Shown: in pieces, positions 29,800 through 44,023 of the stretch
Position numbering within the stretch: the stretch's first letter is position 1
How the letters are laid out: each line of letters starts with the position of its first letter
Assembly (NCBI RefSeq): GCF_009914755.1
Contig: NC_060929.1
Source: the human T2T-CHM13v2.0 reference genome, Homo sapiens
Strand: one strand, 5' to 3'
Length of the DNA: 64,000 nt
Notes under the pieces: generated by a model
The model's input: the letters and a program-made list of their open reading frames with translations, nothing else
Told to the model about the DNA's origin: nothing
The model's database searches: none
Program-made: the position numbers and the translations under genes

Positions 29800-30390
29800 A
29801 GAATGCACTGTGATTGGACAAAACTCTGATGGGCCGCCTTATATTTTTTTCTGCCTACTTGCTACCTAAGCCAAGGGAAGTGAATGCCCTTTAGCTATTT
29901 CATGCAGGTTAGGCCAAGCAAGCATATGCCTAAAATTTCTGGCTGTTATAGCTACTTTTGGGTTTGAATGAGATAGGACATCTCCTGTGGAGGAATATAC
30001 CATCACAAATGACTGCCAATGAGACCCCATATACCTCCCAGAAAAATGGAAAAGTTAACCCATGGGCCAAATTTCAGCAATGGGAAACAAAGGAAATTAC
30101 TGGGTAGGTGAATTCCCCCTTCTTCCTTCTTCCTATGGACTTCTTCAAGGAGTAGTAGCCTGGTACAATGTCTCTGGAGAAGTACCATGTGCCCATTGGA
30201 TGCAGCTGCCCATATGACCTGCTGTATGTCTTTATAGCTCATTAGGAAGTTTGGTGCTGAATGCATTGTGTCTCCGACCTTTCTGCATTTCCCTTTTTCC
30301 TCACTCTCACTGTGTTGGGTTTCCCAAGTAAAGCACAGAATGTTGATCCATGCCTCATGTGTTTTTTCTAGGGAACTTGGGCTAATTAGC
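29800..30390 (+). mobile_element. Ancient ERVL LTR (LTR33/LTR16-like)
   Basis: 3' end tgcctcatgtgttttttctagggaacttgggctaa; internal ggccaaatttcagcaatggga. Confidence 0.55.
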
Positions 30391-31383
30391 CCAAGTTAAG
30401 ATTTTAGTAAAATATATATTTATTGTAAATTGTTAGTAAGGAAAAACTGCTATTCTTCAAGGTATTTTGTAGATACTAAAGGTATGTCTTATGGGTTTCA
30501 GTGTTGTTGTCATGTTGGTTTCTTAAAGCCATCTGTTGATGCTTCTCAAGATGTTAATTATGGTCACACTTGGAAGCTAATTTCAAGTGGCAATAATGAC
30601 TGCTCAGATAGCTGCCCATTGACTTTTGTGGTTTGCTTGACAGTTATTTTCTAGGAAAATATTATTCATTCTGAGTGGTAATGTGAGAGCTCCCCAGGAA
30701 TTTGGAAAGGGAATTTAGAAGTGCGAGGAAAACACCAACTTCTGTAATGAGAAGAATATTGGAAAGGTTGAAAGGAGATGGCTATCAAGACCCACACTTG
30801 TGTGATCTCCAAGACATGATACCTTTAAAGAGAACTGCCCCTGAGAGTATGGCTATTTAAGAAGCTCTCAGACTTCTTTCCAAAAAGCAACAGGTGACCC
30901 TCAGCTTATCCTTCTGGGAAGGATTTCCTGGCTTCAGTATGGTCTTATCCTTGGCTTCTTAGCTATATAGCTGTCCATTTCCATTTTGTTCAAAATTACC
31001 CTCTGCTGGTTTCCTTGGTCATCATTACTTAGACTCGTAAATCAGGTTTTGTTGCTTAGTTTACTCTCTTTGGATTGACAGTGTTTTAGCCTTACTTTTC
31101 TCCATGTTCCTTCTTCGGAGATTCTTATTTGCTTCACCCTTCTCAGCCTCCACCAAACTATGCCCTGCACATTATTTATCCTGGGCCCCAGCATTCAGAG
31201 AAGCAGAAATGAGACTATATTGACATTTTTCTTTCATTTAAATTATTTTTACTAGAATTTTTTTCTTCTTTTTATTCTATTTTCAAATGTATAATGTTAA
31301 ATTTTTTGGAGTACTGACTCTCAAAGTTTTGGGCTTTAGGAGCCCTTTCTACTCACAAAATAATAATAATATAATAATAATAA

Positions 31384-31694
<311 letters not shown>

Positions 31695-31969
31695 TGAGAA
31701 TTCAAAATAGCTACGCATATTTGCTGTATGAGAGATTAAAATTGATATATTTTTAAATTTACTAATTTTTAAAATTACAATAAACCCATTATATTTTAAC
31801 ATAAATAACAATTAAATTAAAATGTCTATATTTTTCAAAATAAAAAATATTTAATGAGAAGAGTATCATTGTTTTGCAAATCTCTTTACTATCTGATCTA
31901 ATCGAACACAGCTTGATTCTCACAAAGTTTTGCATTCAATTGTTGCCATTTGTTGTTTTGTTTGAAGTA

Positions 31970-32298
31970 CGGTCATTCCTCAGTATCCATGGGAGATTGG
32001 TTCCAAGACCCCTGCAGATACCAAAATTCACAGCTGTTCAAGTCCCTTATACTATAAAATGGCATAGTATTTGCACATCATTTATGAACGTGCTCTAATA
32101 TTCTTTAAATAATCTCTAGGTTATTTCTGACACCTAATATGTAAATGCTATGTAAACAGTTGTTATACTGTATTTTTATATGAATATTTTAATTGTTGTG
32201 TTATTTTTTATTGTTGTTGGGATTTACTTCCCAAATATTTTCCATCCATGGTTAGTTGAATAGAAGATGCCGAACCCACAGATATGGAGGGCTGACTG
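31970..32298 (+). mobile_element. MER2 (TcMar-Tigger MITE)
   Basis: TIRs cggtcattcctcagtatcc / agatatggagggctgactg, flanked by TA on both sides (31968-69, 32299-300). Confidence 0.9.
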
Positions 32299-32978
32299 TA
32301 TGTGGAAAAAGTCTCACTTTACTCAGATATGCAGCTGGAAAAGGGAGAACCCTACGTATACCCTGAAAGGGCCTCAAGAACCTGCAGTCACCCTGAGACC
32401 ATATTTTAAATTGAGAAATGATGATGTGGAGTATCGTGGAAAAATAATTACCTTTTTAAGAAATGTTTTCATAGAAAAATTAATTCTGAATTAAAAGCAA
32501 ATGATTTTACCAGAAGTTTGCTAGCCCAGACTTTTTGCAGTCTGGCCTGTTCTGAGTATTTTTTGAGTTTAGATCATTGAACTTTAGATCATTTAACTCT
32601 CAAAGAGCTAAAAAGAAATAGCATTTTAATATGTAATATGCCCTATACAACATGGTAATAGGTAAATTTGTTCAGAATGCATATTTGTGTTAGAAAATAT
32701 TTGTTTAATATAAATATATAATGTGAAAAAATTAAAGGATTCTACTATCACACTTTACATTGATCAGAAATATCTGAAAAATGGCGGGTGTGGGAGTGGG
32801 AGAAACCTGTATTACAAAAACCCAAATATATAGTGAGAAAAATAAATTCTAGTATAACAATCTTAATTTAGGAACAACTATGTCCTTAAAATTTTCTTTA
32901 AAGCATTGTGCAGTAGTGACAAATACATTTATTTGGTATTAGCAAGGAAATCCTTGTTGACCTGAAGAGAAGATGGTG

Positions 32979-33266
<288 letters not shown>

Positions 33267-34589
33267 TTATGTTTTAATAGCATCTGCAGAAACTGAAATA
33301 GAAGATGACAATGCCATTTGACTGTTCTAGTAACGCCTCTCTTTTTCAAAGATCTCTCATTTGTCATTTGGTATAAGTGTTTGTCTCTTGCTTGATAATT
33401 TTTACAAAATGTATGCTTTTTTCACTAAACGAAAGAACTTTTAGAGTCTTTTGCTGCCATTCTATTACCTCCTGGACCATGCTGTCTATACCCCATGATT
33501 GGGCTGCCTGACACCACTGACTGGCTACCAGCAACCCATATCTTACACTACTTCCATGTACCTGGTGCACACTCTAGCAAAACATTCTCCATTTTGTATT
33601 AGCAACAGTGTGATTTCTTAAAGAACTGGTAATGTCAAAAGTCTTTTAGAATAAGCCCACTGTTTTAATATTAGCAGCAGTTGACTCAGAAAAGCTATCT
33701 TCCACTGAACAATGGAAGTTTTAAAACAAAATTCATTTGTAACTTGCATTCTTCCATCTTTCACTATCTTCTGATAACATTATGTAGATGAGTTGCATCT
33801 CCCAAATTAGATTGTAATCTTACTTTAGGAAGGACCATATTTCGTTTGTTTTTTCCTGTGACCCAATTATTTAACATGGGGCTGAGTGCATAAAACCTAT
33901 TTTAGACCCATCCTTACTGTGTACTGTGCATTCATTACATAGAAACTAAAGAAATTACTCAGACATTCTAAAATTTCCAGTTCAATAAAACACATTTTTT
34001 GGTTTTTAAATTTTATCTATTTAATATTCTCCGATTTAGAAGTTTTGACAATATGATGGAGGTTATGATTCTCTTCTGCCTCACAAAGCACATAGATGTC
34101 AGTAAATTATTTATCCAAGTTTCTATTCCAACCATTCATATTGGCTACAGCCATCATTTTCTTAGGCTTCTTTACTTTCCTTCAAATTATATCACCAATG
34201 ACATCAAAACAATTGACAAGGTTGCTGCCCAGAAGTAGAGAAAACAGCAGAATTGAGGTACAAAACTAGGTAGCCTGCTAGGTTCGTTCACCAGCTAAGT
34301 GATTGCTCCTACATCAGCTTTCAGTATGGATTCAAAAGAGTTTCTAGGCAAAATTCTAAATTGCTATTTGGTAGGGCCCATTTGGGTTACTAGTAAATGG
34401 TCAAAACTTTGAATATGAAATAAACTGATGGCAAGAGTTCTTATGAATGAATAATTATTAGTTACTGATCGATTAGTCTGGGACATGGAAGAAACTGAGA
34501 GAGTAATACTTCAGGATCTTAGGAAAATGTGAAATGAAGGGAACAAATACTAAAAGCAAACAATAACGGAGTCCTCAGTGTCTGACAAC

Positions 34590-35034
34590 ATTCACTATTT
34601 GAGGGAACCAAACCTCCCATCTCCCTCAACCATGGTCAAAGGAGAGCGCTTATGACCCATTCTTGGCCTTGTCATGGTTATATTTCTCCTACATCCAGGA
34701 ATAGGCACATAAATCAAGCAAGGCTAATGATAATACTATTTGAGATTAGATAGATGTTGAGAGAGAGCATCTCTCTTATCTTAGAAATACAGACTTGGAG
34801 CTTCTGTGGCCATGTTTCATGCCATTTGGAAAGGAGAGACATAGACAAAGACACAAACGTGCACAGGGGAGAGAGAGATTATCTGAGTCTCAACCTCTCA
34901 ATTTGGTTATGTCTGCAGATAGATCTACTCTGACTTCCCAGTTACATGTGCCAATAAATTACCATTTGGGACTTATTACGTGAGTTTGAGCTGCGTGTTT
35001 GTTACTTGAAACTGAAAGAGCTTTGATCAATACA
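34590..35034 (+). mobile_element. Old MaLR LTR (MLT1J/K/L-like)
   Basis: cagttacatgtgccaataaatt...gttacttgaaactgaaagagctttgatcaataca 3' end. Confidence 0.65.
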
Positions 35035-36344
35035 TGGTCTGAATCATGCAGAGTAGCTATGGTTTAGTGTCCGTGGAAGACTGCTGAAACAGCCTCCAAA
35101 GTTCCTGGGTTAGCACTGGATGTATCAAGATGTGCGTCTTCCTTTACTCCTTTGCTGCAAAAGCTCCAGAGCCTATCAATTTGATGTACAGTCACTAGAG
35201 TTAGGTTGCTTTTCTCTGCTCACAGTGAGTCTTCCCTGTTATATAATGGCCTCATATTAACTGTCAGGTATTAAAATGTACAGATCATATATTCATCCTC
35301 TCCTCTAAGAATTTATAGCTGATATTGCATTTTTATGTGGGATGTTTGTAAATATTTTAAGAAGTATGCTGGGTTGCACAGACTGGCATCCAAACAACAA
35401 AAGTAAAATACATTTTTGTTTTGTAATATTGCAAATTGATTTTAATAGCTTGACTTTCTTTAGCAAGAATATATTAAAACATCCCATGCCTCTTGATTGC
35501 CTGTATGAATAACCAAAACTTTTATTGCAGTTTACCATGACTTTATGGCAATTTAATGTTTTATTGCGTATACGGGTGAAATAAACTCTGGAGAAATCTC
35601 TCATTGGGCTGGGAACTCCTTAAGATCTCCTTGTAAACATTTTTCCATCTCATAAAAACTAAAGGCATTTAGAAATGGTGAGTGCTTTCTTTAAATGAGG
35701 TACTCTAGGGTCTGGCAAAATTATATTTTCCAGATAAAATAAATGTAAAATATATGTTGCAACCAAGAAAAAGAACATATAAAGTTGGAAAAATTTTTTT
35801 GAGTATTCATTCCTTTTTAAAGATTGCATCCTTTTTGGTTACTGTTTTCATTAAAGAATGAAAATTAAATGACTGGATGTTGTTCTCTGTCATCTTGAAA
35901 GTTGTGATTGGTTATCACCATTGATATGCGCTTGGATTTCTCCTGAGGTCAACCTTTTCTTCCTCAGGAGAAGTAACTGAAAGGGGAGAACCCATTTCCC
36001 ATTTGAAGCAGTCTCTTGGATATGCCTATAGAGTTTGGCTGTGAATTGCACATAAACTTCTTCACTTCTAAAACCATGTAAACTCTTGCTAGTTCAAAGG
36101 TTCGGGACAGCTCAAATGGCAGAAACCATAGTAAGAGTGCAGGTATCATATCTATCGATTGTTATGATAAATTTTGTTGGAGAGGAAGACATTAAAACGT
36201 TTATGTCTACTATATAACTTTTAGATCTCTGAAATGCCAACTCATTGTGATTAAAGGGGTCAATCACTGGGCTAGAGAGAATATCCCTAATTTTGGAATA
36301 TCCTGAACTAAATCGCCATTGTCCCAAACAAAGAGACCAAGTGG

Positions 36345-36830
36345 TGAACTAACTAGGATTCTTTCATGGCAAGCAACAGAAACTAACTCTGGATAACTTA
36401 AACAGAAAAAGGAAATGTAGTGGCTCATATAATTAGAAGTTCAAAAGGCAAACCAGCATAACTGAATCTAGGGGCTTAAATTGTATTAACAGTCCTCTTC
36501 ATAACTCAGCAATATTTTTTCCTGTGTTGGCCTCATTTTAATAAAGTGGTCTCCATATGCTATCAAAACTGTTCACTATTAGAAGCAGACTGTATCCTCT
36601 TTTGCTCTCATAATTTCAGAGAAAGATGGAATACCTATTTCTTGATTGTTTGAGCAAAATTTTTGGAGAGGCTCCTGACTGGGATGACTTGGGTCTGGTG
36701 AATATTCCTAACCCTATCACAATGGCCAGGGAACAGGATACTCTTGTTGGGTAGGTTGGGTTTTGTGCTACATCCGTGTGAGAAGGACAAGTGAAGTGAT
36801 TGACGGCTCCACTGGGGTTTAGACAGACTT
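36345..36830 (-). mobile_element. Old MaLR LTR (MLT1K/L-like)
   Basis: ggcaagcaacagaaactaactctggataacttaaacagaaaaaggaaat...ccctatcacaatggccaggg. Confidence 0.65.
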
Positions 36831-37166
36831 CCATATAAGAAAGGAAGACAAAGAAGAAGGATAGGTTGAAATGAGCTTGGGCATTAGTTGTGACAGTGAT
36901 GACTTTTGATAGGAAAGTGGGGAAGATGCCATGTTAGGAGTCTGACAAGTTGTGATGCATACTAGTTTCTGGCTGTATCTTACGTCAGAAGCAGAGAGAA
37001 AGGATGTGCAGCTGAAAAAGAAAGAGAGGAAGGAGACACACAAAAGCTAAGGAATTAGGCTCTGCGAATTGCCTGATTCACCCAGGTAGTTATTGCTGTT
37101 TCTATTTCTCTGCTACAATGAAGGGGGGAGTTTCTTTCAGTTTATCTCTTTTATTTTGCCTTTTAG

Positions 37167-37229
37167 GTGGACAAAAAAATCGTAAGAACTGAGATAGGAG
37201 TTCTTCTTCGCCTCTCACATCCAAACATT
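37167..37229 (+). CDS. CAMK4: CAMK4 coding exon 3 (63 bp): alphaC helix region
   Basis: ttttgccttttAG|GTG acceptor. Encodes VDKKIVRTEIGVLLRLSHPNI. Donor ATT|GTAAGT. Phase 0/0, in frame with the previous exon. Confidence 0.97.
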
Positions 37230-39177
37230 GTAAGTGGTTTTTAACCTACTATTTCAAATGATTGCCAGAGCTAGAGAAAGGGACCTTTGTCCTTCACTGT
37301 CAGTGCTGATAATGAGAAGGGGATTCTCCCACCACTGATAGCTACTATGTGCTAGCTCTTGTCCTCATCTCATCACCTTTTCAATCCTTTGGCTGAATAA
37401 GTCTTACAAGTAATACCTCTGAAAAAGTTCCAAAATAGACAAATTAGCAATATACGCCATCTTTATTTTCATTCATAAAAGGATAAAAATCGAAGAGTTT
37501 TGTTTTTCTCCAACAAAACACTGGCTTTTTCCTTCTTTTGTGTGCCTATCTTATTAATTTTCCATTACTGAAAAAGCCTGTGAAGAAAATACATTGCTTT
37601 CCAAAGTAATTTCAGTCTGCTTTGAGAGAGGATCTGCTTCATGAACAATGTGAAGATGCAAATAAATGATGTACTTGAATGCAGAAAATAAAATGTCCTC
37701 AGAAGCTCTGCTTCAGGCTTTGTCCAGACAGCCTCTGAGGCAAAGATCTAGTAAAAAGCGTTCTTGAACTGATGAAGTGAAAAAGAATAAAATTATTTTC
37801 CAGGTTGCAAGTTATTTTTATGAATTAAGCCATCTACTTCAAGAAAGCATTTTTGCCCATTTCTCTGAGGAAGTTGTGATGTCCAGGGAGATGGCCTGCA
37901 ACGCTTAGACTCCAGGCAAAGTGCTCAAAACTTAACATATGAGTTAGGGAAGCATTCAGCTGTAAATAGCAGAAAACTTGAATAGGATGATTTAAACAAA
38001 TATTTTCCATATGTTGCAAGCAACAAAAATCAGGCAGTTTTCTGGCTCAGCTCGCCGGTGCTGCTGTTCCAGAACCCAAATACCATCCTTGGTTCTGCCA
38101 TCCTCAGTGCATTGACTTTCATCCTCATGCTTTTCCCTCCTGGGCCTAACATGGCTGCTCCACAATTTTTGCAAGTCATCACATCTATATTCAAAATAGG
38201 AAGAAGATGGAAGGATCTCAGCTGCCAGTTCTCATAAGAAGAGTAAAAGCTTTCTCAGAAACTATGGCAGTGGAAGTCTCTTCAAATTTTATTGGCTGGA
38301 GCTAGTCACAAGATTACCCTTAACTGCATGGGGGCTGTGAAATTAGTGGCTAAGACCATTCATGATCCACAATTTGGGGCTAGATACCATCTCTGAACAA
38401 ATCAGAGTTCTGTTTATATTAAAGTAGGGAGAAAAGGGCTTTGGGTAAGCAGTTAATAAAATCTCCCACACTCCATCACCACTTTTACATTATCCATCTC
38501 TTCTCTACAAAGATAAGTCAATGTAGAATTTTCCTCAAGTGTAGACTAGTCCTGGCTACTAGATTCTCGTATATATGGAGAAAAATATATAAAACTGCTT
38601 GGATTAGCTGAATGTGATGAAGACCATGGTATGCTCAATCAAGTCACTGTCACCACTGCTTTTCTGAGGATTCCTTCACCCACTGACAGCTTTTTAACTA
38701 TTGATTGATATACCCTTTACATATAGGCCGACTTTAAGCTGGTCCTACCCTGCCGCAGACCCCTAATTTTAAGTTTTGTAATTCCCAGAAGAAATAGGCA
38801 TTTTGTACCTCTAGCCACCTTGATGCCTCAAATGGTTTAGGAAGTTGTGTTGTTTTTGTTTTTGATTTTTGAACAATTCAGAAGTTGGGATGTTTTAGAA
38901 AAGTTAGAAAGTGTTTCCAAGGCAGACATCTTTCAACTGACAAAAGGAAAAATGTAAACATTTTATAGGAACTTTGAAAAAAATGAGGTAACTGATAAAA
39001 TCAACAACCCAGAAAGAGAGTGAGAAATAGCTAGCTGATAAAAGAATGAGGAAACTTTATTAACAGTGATCCAACATATTACTACTGCAGAATGTTGTTT
39101 TAGCCATAGTGTTAGCTATTTCCAAGAAAGATGGAATAAGAAATTTGTGATATTCTTTTTTTTATATCTTTCCCTAG
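37230..39177 (+). other. CAMK4: CAMK4 intron 3 (1,948 bp, phase 0)
   Basis: GT...AG; HPNI|IKLK junction. Confidence 0.93.
37935..38470 (-). mobile_element. Old MaLR LTR (MLT1J/L-like)
   Basis: cattcagctgtaaatagcagaaaacttgaataggatgatttaaacaaa...catggctgctccac...ttattggctggagctagtcaca. Confidence 0.6.
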
Positions 39178-39260
39178 ATAAAACTTAAAGAGATATTTGA
39201 AACCCCTACAGAAATCAGTCTGGTCCTAGAACTCGTCACAGGAGGAGAACTGTTTGATAG
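39178..39260 (+). CDS. CAMK4: CAMK4 coding exon 4 (83 bp): beta4-beta5 and hinge
   Basis: tctttccctAG|ATA acceptor. Encodes IKLKEIFETPTEISLVLELVTGGELFD plus AG of Arg. Donor TAG|GTGAGT. The ELVTGGELFD motif is typical of CAMK-group kinases. Confidence 0.97.
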
Positions 39261-40325
39261 GTGAGTTGGTTCTGGAAATATAACCACAGAAAGGTTTGCT
39301 TTTGGCCACCAAAAAATAATCTAAAGGACATTTCTCCTGAAACTTTTTATAATGACAGATTATACTTGTTGATAAATACTACTAAAAAAAGTCTTAAGAA
39401 GAATGTTGAAGGAAGGTGGGTAGTGGTAAGATGTAGGTACATGAAAACTTGAGATATTTAGTGAGTAAAAAAAGGAACACTATAATATCTATTTATCTTT
39501 GCAAATATTTGTCTCCTCAATAAAAAGATAGAATGTCTAAAATCAAATTAAATCTAAACTAAATAGTAAGATTTATGAGAATATCTTAAGAAAATATTTG
39601 AAATATTTGAAAATTATAAAAAATTAAACATGTACTCTGTCCTCTGTTATGATCCAAAAGCTCATAAAACTCAATAATCTTCAAATGATTATTTTTAAGC
39701 TTATTTTCTTTAGAAGTCTGTGTAAAGAGTTCCATGTTGCAAAGTAAACATGTTCTGTTATAGCCAATTATTGCCAGCTTTGGTTTCCTGTTCATATGTT
39801 CATCTTTCAAAGCAGAGGAGTGAGAATGGAGGGGGGTGGGGGTGGGGGTTGGAGCCTGGAAATCTGGCAGAGCATAATATATGCAAACTATTTGTACAAG
39901 ACACACAAACTTTATGTTTCTATAGTTGTTCCATCTTCCCCACCCTCTTAGGAGAATTCTGTATTTGTCCTGATGGGCTCTTGAGAGCCTTTTGCTGTGT
40001 TCATCAGGTAATCAAAAAAGAATGGACTTTAAAGAAGACAAAGAGACTAAGTAGGCATATATTAGAAATGGTAAGAAGCCATGCGTGAATGGAAAAGTTT
40101 TGATTAAAAAATGGGGCAAGAGACAGGTAGACTGCAGTTTATGGGGAAGACAGAAGAGACTGAGGGAACCATTGATGTACCCTGAGTGCCTGGATCACAG
40201 CAAATGCTCCATAAATATTTGCTGAATGAGTGAATGAACAACTGCTACAATGAATGGACTCTGAGGAGAAATATCTAAAGGGGATTAGTTTTGAATGCGT
40301 TGAGAGAGGAACACTCCTTCACTTT

Positions 40326-40687
40326 TGCCAGGGTCTGAATGTTTGTGTGCCCCCAAAATTCATTTGCCAAAATCTTGATCCCTAAGATAATGGTATTAGG
40401 AGATGGGATCTTTGGGAGGTCATTAGGTCATAAAGGTGGAGCCCTCCAGAATGAGATTAGTGCCGTTATAAAAGAGGCCCTAGAGAGCTGCCTTTCCCCT
40501 TTTACTATGTAAGGACACAGCAAGAAGGTGCCTTCTATGAGAAAGCGGGCCCTCACCAGACACAAAATCTTCTGGTGCCTTGATCTTGGACTTTCCAGCC
40601 TCCAGACCTGTGAGAAATAAATGTTTGATATGTATAAGACACACAGGTTATGCTATTTTTAAATAGCAGCTCAAATGGACTAAGACA
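40326..40687 (+). mobile_element. MaLR LTR (MLT1A0-like), sense to the gene
   Basis: tgccagggtctgaatgtttgtgtgcccccaaaattc...ccagcctccagacctgtgagaaataaatg...aatggactaagaca. Confidence 0.9.
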
Positions 40688-42667
40688 CCTTCCTTCACAC
40701 CCATACTCTACCCAGTTAAATTTGCTGCCTCTTCAAGAGCTTTCAAAAGTATTCATATTGTTTTTCAAAGGTTCTGTCTCTTTTTAACATTACCCAGTGA
40801 AAATTTGGATCTTTAGGTGAGAAGGAGCAAAAGTTCTAGCTTCATTGCAACTACATATGTATGTGTAACAGATACACATCTGAATTTTGTTCATATATAT
40901 GTTGACACTTCCTTAGAGCAGGTTCAACATATTATTAGACTTTAAACATTATAACATTTTGACTATTTTCACATTTTAAGAATAATAAGTCAGCTGAAGG
41001 AAGTAAGCATCAGTAGCTTAAAGCCATACAGTTCTGGCAGCAGTTGTTTTTTTGAAAGACTCACAGTTGTGAATCCTGACTCTACAACTGAAAGATAACT
41101 AACTAACCTAGAATAATTTACTTAACTTCTCTGAACCTTAGAACAAATTTGAAGTGGCTTTATGTTGCTAATAAAGCTTAGATGGCTCTAATCCACTATG
41201 AAGATACTCTTGTTCACATGTTCCATGTCCTCAAGCAAGAGTCTCCTGGCCTAGCTAATTTGGGTATTGCCACAATATGCCTATAATGGCTCCTTTTTCA
41301 ACACCTCTTTAGCTGACTCTTTTTTATGGATGTATTCCTTCTTTAGTTACATTAATAGAGCAGTTTATAGTCAGATGCTGCTGGTTTTGGAGCTATGAGC
41401 TCTCTCTAAGGAGACCTTGCATATTTCTCTGCTAATTATGGTCTATCAGTGAGAACTCTCATGTTTGTAAATTATAAATAATTGCAGGACAGGAATGCCA
41501 CACTGAAGCAATCATCTACTAATAGTGTTTGCTGTTTACTTACCTACCTCTATTGGCTTGAGTTAATTGGGAATCATGGGTTTCTCCTTCTCTTCTTCCC
41601 AACCTTTCTTCCATGAAAGAATTTAGGATGAAATTTAATTCAGCTATAGCTAAAAATGGAAAAAGTAAATGCTATTGATAAATTTCATTTGGAGAGATAA
41701 GTGGATGAAATATTCATATTTAACAGAAAACCTCTGAAGAATGGCAGACAGCCAGTAAAGCACTCAACTCTTAGTGGTTTTAAAAGATAGACTCTTTTCC
41801 TTTGCATGTTGTGGTCTACAACATTGACCTAGCTGATATGAACTTGGTCTCTCCATTAAGTTACTTAATTCTGCAGTTATCTTTAAATTTTATCAAGCTG
41901 AAAATACATTCTGCATTATTATCCAATGTATTGATTTCTTTCTTGAGAGTTAAAAGGTAACATGATCTCTTTTTTTGTACTTAGGTCAAAACAAATTTAC
42001 TTAATTGTGATGATAAGAATTCATTCCTGGTCTAATGATGACTCTAATAGTACATAATGAATGAACTAGGGGAGTAATTGCTGAAGAGATAATCATATGA
42101 GTCAATTATACTCAAAAAGGTTGTATTTAATTAGCAAAAAATCTATTTATAATGCTTATAAAAATTAAACATAGTCAAAATCCAAGTAGAATCTGCTATT
42201 TTATGTAGAATTTAAATAGTAAATTACATAGGACAGTTTATTAGAAATTTTGGAATAAAATCCATGATTTGTTGTGCCCAGGAAAAATCTAAAACATAAA
42301 TAAATTTGCACAATTATGACATCATGAGAAGAAGAAAGCTCCCATGAAGTTTCTGTTTAACCGTTCTCAGTTTGGTCTCAACTCTTAAAACCTCAACATC
42401 ATTTTCATTGAATTATTGAAATGGACAAGGTGTGAGTTTTGCTTTAAGAGCAAGTTTCGAAGTTTTTTTCCCTCAAAAATGACTATATTTTAAGACAGCA
42501 AATTTAGCAATATCCTTACTGTCTTCTAATTAAATCAAAAGTATTTTTTCTTGATTTTTGTCAGATAACTCCAGTATCTAAGTATAGTTTTGAATTTTTT
42601 AAAAATTGTCATGGGTTTTTTTTCTGTTTTCTTTTTCTTTTTTTGTTTTATCACTTTTTCCTAAAGA

Positions 42668-43020
42668 ATTTTATTTTTATTTAACTTTTAAGTTCAGGGG
42701 TACATTTGCAGGTTTGTTACATAGGTAAATGTGTGTCATGGCGATTTGTTGTACAGATTGTTTCATCACCCAAATATTAAATCTAATATCCACTAATCCA
42801 TTAGTTATTTTTCCTGATCCCCTCCATTCTCCCAATTTCCACCCTTCAAAAGGCCCCAATGTGTGTTTTTCCCCACTATGTGTCCATGTGTTCTCATCAT
42901 TAAGCTCCCACTTATAATTGAGAACATGCGGTATTTGGTTTTCTGTTCTTGTGTTAGTTTGCTAAGGATAATGGCCTCCATTTCCTTCCATGTCCCTGCA
43001 AAGGATATGATCCATTTCTT
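42668..43020 (-). mobile_element. L1PA (about L1PA13-16) 3' end
   Basis: tttaacttttaagttcaggggtacatttgcaggtttgttac...gagaacatgcggtatttgg. Confidence 0.9.
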
Positions 43021-43515
43021 TCTGTGTTTTTGCTTGCCTGTTTAGGCTTGTTCCAATGCCAAACATTATGTGTAAAAGGTTTTAGAATTTGAGACCTGGA
43101 ATGCTGTTACCTTCCAAAAAAGGAGATTTTCTTTTGTTGTGGTGGGCATTTAAGGTTAACAAACAGATCATTTTAATGCAATCAGATATTAGGCTAATTC
43201 AAAGCTGGGCTTCCTAATGGCTGGTATACTTCTTGTCAAGTCTTATTCACAAGGCTTTGCTCTTTGAAGGTCTCAACTTTAAGCCAGGGCATTATACCAG
43301 GGCTATTCTTACTTGGCAGACCCTCAATGCCAACTTCTGTACCCTTAGCTCTGTGTAATTGCCAGAAACTTTATTCACCTTCTCCGCCTGTCAGCTGCTG
43401 TGTTGGAATAAGTAAATGACTTAAGAAGGAAATCAGAGGCATCAGATGGCAGGTTTGCTTTGCTGGGTTTTTCTTCTCTTCTGGATCTTGATTCCTAAAT
43501 CCTTCCCTTCCTTAG

Positions 43516-44023
43516 TGTATTAGTTAAGGATCTGTAAAGGGACAGAACTAACAGGATAGATGTATATATGTAGGGGAGTTTATTAGGAGAATTGACTCAC
43601 GCAGTCACAAGGTGAAGTTCCACAAAAGGCCACCTGCAAGCTGAGGAGCCAGGAAGCCAGTCTGAGTTCTCAAACCTCAAAAGTAGGGAAGCCGATAATG
43701 CAGCCTTCAGTCTGTGGCCAAAGACCCAAGAGCCCCTGGCAAATCACTAGTGTAAGTCCAAGAGTCGGAAAGCTGAAGAACTTGGAGTCTGATGTTCAAA
43801 GGCAGCACAGGAGAAAGATGGAGACCAGAAGACTTAGCCAGTCTAGTCTTTCCACATTCTTCTGCCTGCTTTTATCCTAGCCATGCTGGCAGCTGATTGA
43901 GGGTGGGTCTGCATCTCCCAGTTCATCGTTAATCTCCTTTGGCAACGCCCTCACAGACACACCCAGGAACAATACTTTACATCCTTCAATCCAATCAAGT
44001 TGACACTCAATATTACCATCACA
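43516..44023 (-). mobile_element. ERVL solo LTR (MLT2A-like)
   Basis: tgtattagttaagg...gggacagaactaacaggatag...caagttgacactcaatattaccatcaca; TG...CA termini. Confidence 0.9.

Noticed and set aside
40651-40668. TGCTATTT-TT-AAATAGCA inverted repeat / MEF2-like site
   Set aside because: Short, AT-rich and inside an MLT1A0 3' end; expected by chance in this composition.
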